Below, in pieces: positions 57,759 through 64,000 of a DNA stretch of 64,000 nt (its first letter is position 1; each line of letters starts with the position of its first letter). Source of the stretch: Spirochaetia bacterium (lineage in GTDB: Bacteria; Spirochaetota; Spirochaetia; DSM-2461); assembly GCA_963666985.2 (NCBI GenBank), contig CAXXIA010000001.1, forward strand, positions 800,001 to 864,000. The letters run 5' to 3'. A program made the translations under genes and the position numbers. A model generated the notes under the pieces. That model had not been told where the DNA came from and searched no databases. It saw only the letters and a program-made list of their open reading frames with translations.

Positions 57759-58277
57759 ATGAAACGTCTTGTCATTGCCGTTACTCTGATTGCCGCGGCA
57801 TCATCATCGCTTTGGGCCGAACAGATAACCAAGGTTGCCGTTCTGGATTATTCCAGAATCCTTGCCGCGTTTTACGCGGATTCCGCCGAGGTTCGTCGGA
57901 TTGAAGAGATGAAAAAAGCCTTCGCGGATGAAGTTCGCCGGCTGCAGGATGAAATCCAGGGTTTGGAGGAACGGAAACTCGAAGCGGAGAACCGCGGCGA
58001 TTCCCGAGCGGCCCTGGAACTGGACGATCGCATCCAGGAGCGCAAACAGTATTTTCAGGAATACACACGAGTCCGCGGGAATCAGATTCAGCGGGCTTTG
58101 ACCGATCTTTCATCCAGCAATGCCCTTGCCCAGGAAATATTGAAGGAAGTGCAGTTTATCGCGGAAACACACGGATTCAGCATTGTTATTAAACGTTCCG
58201 ATCCCAATCTTCTGTGGTGGAGCTATGAAACCGATATTACGGAGCTTGTTTTGGAACGGCTGATGGGATCGCACTGA
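57759..58277 (+). CDS. skp: OmpH/Skp periplasmic chaperone
   Basis: KVAVLD, coiled coil, DITELVL; follows bamA. Confidence 0.88.
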   Translation: MKRLVIAVTLIAAASSSLWAEQITKVAVLDYSRILAAFYADSAEVRRIEEMKKAFADEVRRLQDEIQGLEERKLEAENRGDSRAALELDDRIQERKQYFQEYTRVRGNQIQRALTDLSSSNALAQEILKEVQFIAETHGFSIVIKRSDPNLLWWSYETDITELVLERLMGSH

Positions 58278-58290
58278 TAAGCCTTCGACC

Positions 58291-60882
58291 ATGCCGGATT
58301 CCAAGGAAACGACGCCGATGTTCCGCCAATACGCGGAACATAAAAAAAAGCACAAAGACGCCGTGCTTTTTTTTCGCATGGGGGATTTCTATGAGATGTT
58401 TAAAAGCGACGCGGTTGAAGTCAGCCGTCTTTTAAACCTGACCCTAACCCAGCGCCAGGGAATCCCCATGTGCGGCGTTCCCTATCATGCGGCGGGAAAT
58501 TACATCGCCCGCCTGCTGAAGCTGGGGAAAAAAATCGCCATTTGTGAGCAGATTGAGCTTCCCGTCGGCGGCAAGGGGCTGGCCAAGAGGGAAGTGGTTG
58601 AAATTGTAACCCCGGGAACCGTCGTGGACGATTCCTACCTGGACGAGAAAACAAACAATTACCTTGCGGCCGTCGGGGGAAATCCCGAAGAGCCTGTTTT
58701 TATTTATGTCGATCTCTCCACGGGAGAATTTCGCGGAACGCTCCTCACCGGCGAAAAACCGAGAGACGCCCTTCGCCGGGAACTCGCACGAACATCGCCG
58801 CGGGAAATCATCGTCAGAGAGGCTCTCCTTGAAGAAGATGATTTCGCTTTTCTTGCCGACGAAGGCGTTGTGCTCGACAGAAAACCGGATTGGTCTTTCG
58901 ACGCGGAGTCCTCACAAGAAAGGCTGAAGCGGCTGTTCGGCACGGTAAACCTGAAAGCGTTCGGTCTGGAATCCGGCAATCCTCTGATTCCCGTCGCCGG
59001 AGCCGTTCTGGAATATCTGGAAGATCAGCACAAAGCACTTTTAACGCATATTCGCGGTATTGAAATTTACGGTGAAACGGATGCGGTCGGACTCGACGAA
59101 TCGACGATTCGCAATCTTGAAATTGTCCGGAACCTTCAAGACGGCGGAACGGCCTATACGTTGATTGAAACGTTGGATCATACCAAAACCGCATCGGGAG
59201 CCAGAAGACTGCGCTCGCGGCTGTTGCGGCCCTTCCCCGATGTGAACGAAGCAAGAAGGCACCTTGATCGGGTGGAAGCGCTGTACAGGGATCAGGCGAA
59301 ACTTTCATCACTCAGAACGGTTCTGTCGGGGATTCTGGATCTGGAAAGACTTTCGGCAAGAGCCTCCATGGATCGGGCTCATGCCAAAGACCTTTTGGCG
59401 ATTCACCAGTCCTTGGAAAAATCCCGTTCATTAAGGGACATTGTCGGTGATGAACTTCTTGACGACTCATCCGACGGACTGGATGAACTGTTCAATCCTT
59501 TGACGGAACTCTCGATTCTGCTCGGTTCTTCCCTGATGGACGATCCTTCCATCCTTCTTACGGAAGGCCGTCTTATCAGGGAAGGGTGGGATGAAGAACT
59601 GGATCGGATGCGGCATGTCCGCGACGATGGGAAAAAACTCCTGGAGGACTATATCGCCGAAGAAAAGGCGGCCACGGGTTTATCTTCACTGAAGCTCAAA
59701 TACAATCGCATTCTCGGTCATTTCATTGAAATCTCGAAGAATCAGGCGGAAAAAGTCCCCGACCGTTTTCGCCGTCGTCAATCCTTGACGCAAGCGGAAC
59801 GGTTCTCCACGAACAGACTGGAAGATCTTCAAACCGAAATACTTTCTGTTGGCGAACGTATCGTAGAAAAAGAAAAGGAGCTTTTCCTGGATATCCGTGA
59901 ATCGGTCAAGGAGCGGATCGATTCCCTGATGCGGTTGGCGAGTATTCTCTCGGAAATCGATGTAACACAGTCTTTTGCTCATGCCGCCGCCGAATACGGA
60001 TACGTGAGGCCCCAACTGAGTGAAGATATCCGTCTTGTCATCGAAGGCGGCCGTCATCCTGTGGTGGAACATCATATGCCCAGGGGCACGTTCGTTCCCA
60101 ACAGCGTCTCGCTGGACGGAGAAGGCATCTCTTTCGGAATGGTCACCGGTCCGAACATGGCCGGTAAATCGACGGTTCTCAGGCAGGTCGCGCTGATTGT
60201 CCTTATGGCGCAGTCCGGCAGCTTCGTGCCGGCCGATTCCGCGAGGATCGGCGTTGTCGATAGGATCTTCTGCCGTGTCGGTGCTTCTGATAATCTGGCA
60301 CGCGGGGAATCCACCTTCCTTGTCGAAATGAACGAAACGTCCAATATTCTCCGTAATGCGACTTCCGGAAGTCTGGTTATCATGGATGAAGTGGGAAGGG
60401 GAACGGGAACCGAAGACGGGCTGGCCATCGCGCACGCCGTTTGCGAACATCTTCTGGGGGATATTTCACCGCGGACTCTTTTTGCCACTCACTATCGGGA
60501 ACTTACGAGAATCGAACATAAGAAAATGGCCAACTTTTCGATGGCCGTTAACGAGAGTCCAGAAGGAATCGTGTTCCCCAAAACTCTTATTGCCGGTCCG
60601 GCGGAGGCCTCTTACGGAATCCATGTTGCCGCTTTGGCGGGCCTGCCTCAATCGGTCGTTCGAAGAGCGGAAGAGTTTATGGCCGACCGCGGCGGCCTTT
60701 CGATTCACACGGAGCCCGCTTCGGTTCGAACCTCCGCCGTACATGATTTTGCACCGCTCCTTTTTGATCCGGGCGATATCATTTTGGATACCCTCAGGGA
60801 TCTTGATATTGACGGCATAACTCCCCTTGATGCGTTAAACCTTATGCATCAATGGAAGAAAGAACTCAAATACGAAGATTAA
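58291..60882 (+). CDS. mutS: DNA mismatch repair protein MutS
   Basis: TPMFRQY, GDFYEMF, GPNMAGKST, DEVGRGT. Confidence 0.98.
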   Translation: MPDSKETTPMFRQYAEHKKKHKDAVLFFRMGDFYEMFKSDAVEVSRLLNLTLTQRQGIPMCGVPYHAAGNYIARLLKLGKKIAICEQIELPVGGKGLAKREVVEIVTPGTVVDDSYLDEKTNNYLAAVGGNPEEPVFIYVDLSTGEFRGTLLTGEKPRDALRRELARTSPREIIVREALLEEDDFAFLADEGVVLDRKPDWSFDAESSQERLKRLFGTVNLKAFGLESGNPLIPVAGAVLEYLEDQHKALLTHIRGIEIYGETDAVGLDESTIRNLEIVRNLQDGGTAYTLIETLDHTKTASGARRLRSRLLRPFPDVNEARRHLDRVEALYRDQAKLSSLRTVLSGILDLERLSARASMDRAHAKDLLAIHQSLEKSRSLRDIVGDELLDDSSDGLDELFNPLTELSILLGSSLMDDPSILLTEGRLIREGWDEELDRMRHVRDDGKKLLEDYIAEEKAATGLSSLKLKYNRILGHFIEISKNQAEKVPDRFRRRQSLTQAERFSTNRLEDLQTEILSVGERIVEKEKELFLDIRESVKERIDSLMRLASILSEIDVTQSFAHAAAEYGYVRPQLSEDIRLVIEGGRHPVVEHHMPRGTFVPNSVSLDGEGISFGMVTGPNMAGKSTVLRQVALIVLMAQSGSFVPADSARIGVVDRIFCRVGASDNLARGESTFLVEMNETSNILRNATSGSLVIMDEVGRGTGTEDGLAIAHAVCEHLLGDISPRTLFATHYRELTRIEHKKMANFSMAVNESPEGIVFPKTLIAGPAEASYGIHVAALAGLPQSVVRRAEEFMADRGGLSIHTEPASVRTSAVHDFAPLLFDPGDIILDTLRDLDIDGITPLDALNLMHQWKKELKYED

Positions 60883-60932
60883 TTTTTAGAATTTTTTCAA
60901 GGATTTACGATTCGGAACATGTCTAATCGGAC

Positions 60933-61589
60933 ATGAGAAGCCTTTATCGCTGTCCGATCTGCAATCGAGACGCGGATGCTTTCATGCGTCCGTGCCGTTC
61001 CTGCCAGGATGAAATGACCTTCTCTTCCGCGCCGCTATGCATCGGCTGCGGAATCGATCTTGCCGGTTCCGATAATCCTTGTCCCGCATGCCGAGGTATT
61101 CAATCGCCTTTAAAAGACGTCTTTGCCGTCGGGCCCTGGTCGGGAGCACTGCGCGAATGGCTCTCGCTTTTAAAGTTCGGAGGTGAGAAAAGACTGGCCG
61201 AATGGCCGGCGGAGATTTTTTACCGAATAATTGAAAACAAATGGCCTCAAGCCGCTGTGGTTCCCGTTCCTCCGCGCAGACGGCGAATTGTGTATGAGGG
61301 CTATGATGCCGTTGATGCGATAGCCGATGAATTATCCCACAAGGGAATCGAGGTTGTTAAGCTCTTAAAACGGAGAGGCGGGAAAACGCAGAAGACCTTA
61401 AGCCGCGAAGAGCGGCTTAAGGCGTCCGCTTTAAAATTCGAACTGCGGGGGAGCCGGATGTCACATCGCGGAGAAGTTGTTTTACTCGATGATGTTTCCA
61501 CTACGGGAAGTACCCTCCGCGCATGCGCCGATTTGATGAAACAGTGCGGAATCGAAGTGATTCATGCTCTGGTGTTCTGTAAAGATTAG
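60933..61589 (+). CDS. comF: ComF family protein (double zinc ribbon plus PRTase)
   Basis: Four CxxC pairs, VPVP, LLDDVSTTGST. Confidence 0.88.
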   Translation: MRSLYRCPICNRDADAFMRPCRSCQDEMTFSSAPLCIGCGIDLAGSDNPCPACRGIQSPLKDVFAVGPWSGALREWLSLLKFGGEKRLAEWPAEIFYRIIENKWPQAAVVPVPPRRRRIVYEGYDAVDAIADELSHKGIEVVKLLKRRGGKTQKTLSREERLKASALKFELRGSRMSHRGEVVLLDDVSTTGSTLRACADLMKQCGIEVIHALVFCKD

Positions 61590-61737
61590 CCGAGGCGCAA
61601 TTCCATTGAGTCTCCTTTGGGAAAAGCGGAGCAAATTGCTCCCTTAAAACCGGTGGAAAGAGAAGTTGGAAAGGACAGAATTCTCGAAATCGGAAAATAT
61701 GTTTCTTTTTGATCGATTCGTTCGGTGCACTCTTATC

Positions 61738-61766
61738 TTGACGGAAGCCTTTCGGATGAGTATGAT
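61738..61766 (+). promoter_or_regulatory. rimP-nusA-infB operon promoter
   Basis: TTGACG-17-TATGAT. Confidence 0.75.
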
Positions 61767-61793
61767 GCATCCATAAGCTCGTACAACGTGTGA

Positions 61794-61822
61794 AAGAGCC
61801 CGCAATGCGGTCTCTTTTTTTT
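61794..61822 (+). terminator. rimP leader attenuator hairpin
   Basis: AAGAGCCCGC-AAT-GCGGTCTCTT plus U run between the promoter and rimP. Confidence 0.7.
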
Positions 61823-61834
61823 GGCATAAAAATT

Positions 61835-62269
61835 ATGGGAATGCTGGTAGACGATACGGAACTCGAAGATTCACTGAAGGAAGTCATCGAAGGCATGGGC
61901 CTTTCCCTTGTGGAAATGTCCGTTGGACGGCATCGCGGTGATGTTAAGGTCAATCTGGTTCTCTATAAGGCCGGAGGTATCGGGCTTGATGATTTGACCG
62001 AAGCGCAAAAAACGCTGAGACCGAGGCTGGAGCTCGTGTTTAACCGTGAAGGTCTTTCGGTTGAGATATCGTCTCCCGGAACCTCAAGGATTTTAAAGGA
62101 TTCCAAGGAGTATGGGATTTTCGCCGGTCGGCGAATCAAGCTCCTTATCGATAACGATTGGATTCACGGAACGATAAAGTCCGCCGGTGATGAAATCGTG
62201 AAACTTGCCGTGGATGATGGAATTCGGGATATCCCCTTTTCCGGCATTCAAAAGGCCAAGCTAGAATAG
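61835..62269 (+). CDS. rimP: Ribosome maturation factor RimP
   Basis: GIGLDD, VEISSPG, IQKAKL; upstream of nusA. Confidence 0.9.
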   Translation: MGMLVDDTELEDSLKEVIEGMGLSLVEMSVGRHRGDVKVNLVLYKAGGIGLDDLTEAQKTLRPRLELVFNREGLSVEISSPGTSRILKDSKEYGIFAGRRIKLLIDNDWIHGTIKSAGDEIVKLAVDDGIRDIPFSGIQKAKLE

Positions 62270-62287
62270 AAAGGAGAGCGGAGCGTA

Positions 62288-63778
62288 ATGAACGCAGATT
62301 TCGCCGAGTCCATAAGGGCCATACAATCGGAACGGGGTATTACCGAAGACCTTGTTCTGGCCACCATCGAGGAGTTCTTGATGGCGGCGTATAAAAAAAC
62401 ATTTGGAACCTCGGATAACGCCGTTGTTAAGTTCTCGGAAACGGGAGGCGAAGTGGCGATTTATGCGAAAAAGATCATCGTGGAAGATGATGATCTTTAC
62501 GATCCTGTCGCCGAGATTGAGCTTAAGGACGCCCTTGAACTCGTCGAAGACTGTGAAATCGGGGATGAGCTTCTTATAGAAATTGATCCGAAAGATTTCG
62601 ACAGAGGCGCCGTGCAGAGCGCGAAGCAGAAGGCCCGCCAAAATCTGAGGGAAATCCAGAAAGATACGCTTTACTCCGAGTTCAAGGATAAGGTCGGTGA
62701 GATGATCATCGGCTATTATCAGCGGGAGAAGAACGGGACTATTTTTGTTGATTTGGGGAAAACGGAAGGTATTCTCCCCAGACGATTTCAATCCCCGAGA
62801 GAAGAATATCATAACGGTGATCGCATCAAGGCGATGATCGCCGAGGTGAAGAAGGCTCCGACGGGACTGGAAATCATTCTTTCTCGTTCTCATGGTGAAT
62901 TCGTCAAAAGGATTTTCGAACTCGAGGTTCCCGAAATCTACGACGGAACGGTGGAGATTTTTAAAATCGTCCGCGAACCCGGCTATCGAACCAAGGTCGC
63001 GGTTTATTCAACACGGGATGATGTCGATCCGGTCGGCGCCTGTGTCGGGCTGAAGGGAGTTCGCATACAAGCCATTGTTCGTGAACTCGAAGGTGAAAAA
63101 ATCGATATCCTCAAATATGATAATGATCCGATTACTTTTATCCGGAACGCCTTAAGCCCCGCAGAAGTTCAGGATGTTGTTGTTCTCGACGCTTCAAAGA
63201 GGCAAGTTCTCGCCATCGTCCCCGAACAGCAATTGTCGCTGGCGATCGGAAAGCAGGGGCTCAACGTTCGTTTGGCCAACAGGCTTGTTGATTGGAATAT
63301 CGATGTAAAAACCGAAACTCAATTCTCCGAAATGGATATTTCTCAGGAAATCACCCGGGCCGCTTCGGACCTCTTCAGCGGCATCGATGAAGATGAGGAA
63401 GAAATCACTCGAATAAGTGAGCTGCCTGAAATCTCCGAACGTTTGGTTTCGCTCCTTAAGGAAAACGGCATTGAACTTATTGAAACGCTAATCGGCTTGT
63501 CTAATGATGAACTCGAAAGCTTAACGGGGATTACTCCGGCCGATGTTGAACAGATTCAGAAAATAATCGAAGATAGCGTTGAAATAATCGAGAGCGATGA
63601 TGATAACCTCGATGCGACTGAAGAAACCGCCGATGCTTCCGAAGGTCCCGACCCGGAAGACGAAACCTATGAGTGCCCCGAATGTGGTCATTTAATCACT
63701 GTCGATATGAATATCTGTCCGAACTGCGGAGTGGGTTTGAGTTTCGAGGTTGAAGAAGTCGAGGAGCAGGAAGAATAG
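62288..63778 (+). CDS. nusA: Transcription factor NusA with C-terminal HhH and double zinc ribbon
   Basis: FELEVPEI, DPVGACVG, LAIGKQGLNVRLA; CPECG..CPNCG tail. Confidence 0.97.
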   Translation: MNADFAESIRAIQSERGITEDLVLATIEEFLMAAYKKTFGTSDNAVVKFSETGGEVAIYAKKIIVEDDDLYDPVAEIELKDALELVEDCEIGDELLIEIDPKDFDRGAVQSAKQKARQNLREIQKDTLYSEFKDKVGEMIIGYYQREKNGTIFVDLGKTEGILPRRFQSPREEYHNGDRIKAMIAEVKKAPTGLEIILSRSHGEFVKRIFELEVPEIYDGTVEIFKIVREPGYRTKVAVYSTRDDVDPVGACVGLKGVRIQAIVRELEGEKIDILKYDNDPITFIRNALSPAEVQDVVVLDASKRQVLAIVPEQQLSLAIGKQGLNVRLANRLVDWNIDVKTETQFSEMDISQEITRAASDLFSGIDEDEEEITRISELPEISERLVSLLKENGIELIETLIGLSNDELESLTGITPADVEQIQKIIEDSVEIIESDDDNLDATEETADASEGPDPEDETYECPECGHLITVDMNICPNCGVGLSFEVEEVEEQEE

Positions 63779-63783
63779 CGTTT

Positions 63784-64000
63784 ATGGCCGAAGAAACTGA
63801 TAAAAAGAGACCGAAAGCGACACTCATTAAGCATCGAAGTGAATCTTCGAAGCCTGAGGCTCAGGCTGACAATGCCGCTAAATCCGAAAGGAAAAAAGTC
63901 GTCGTTGTTAAGAAAAAAGTCGTCGTTAAGAAAAGCCCCGTCAAAGTTTCCTCTTCCAAAAAAGAGGACGAACCCGTAAAGAAAACGGAAGCGAAAAACG
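63784..64000 (+). CDS. infB: Translation initiation factor IF-2, 5' part
   Basis: MAEETDKKRPKATLIKHR...KKVVVVKKK, open to the window end; synteny after nusA. Confidence 0.8.
   Translation, partial: MAEETDKKRPKATLIKHRSESSKPEAQADNAAKSERKKVVVVKKKVVVKKSPVKVSSSKKEDEPVKKTEAKN

Overview
About 1-37250 is a siphovirus-type (HK97-like head, non-contractile tail) prophage sitting at the 3' end of the tmRNA gene (ssrA, minus strand, 37254-37627). Its left attachment site is not in the window, so the element continues past position 1. About 37250-64000 is host chromosome of a spirochaete-like bacterium: ssrA-smpB, tandem lepB, hemW, yebC-ruvCAB-queA, tmk, exbBD/tonB-like, tamB-bamA-skp-mutS, comF, rimP-nusA-infB. 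The prophage's AT-rich left cargo encodes a Vsr nuclease, a MORC/GHKL-ATPase-histidine kinase fusion, a receiver-domain protein, a UDG-superfamily protein and an orphan Pepco/Trypco-like protein. The immunity switch pairs a short XRE repressor with an AbrB-like gene in the Cro position. Other notable parts: a second tyrosine recombinase with a dif-like site over its own start codon; an iteron origin; a portal-MuF fusion; a -1 frameshifting tail chaperone; a single-gene tail tip; an unusual lysis module (C39-like peptidase, holin, two almost fully overlapping membrane coiled-coil ORFs); an adenine MTase behind a structured RNA leader; and SRAP-umuC-umuD. Several single-base frameshifts in short homopolymers (ruvA, exbB, exbD and others) suggest assembly indel errors. 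All calls come from reading motifs by eye; no searches were run.
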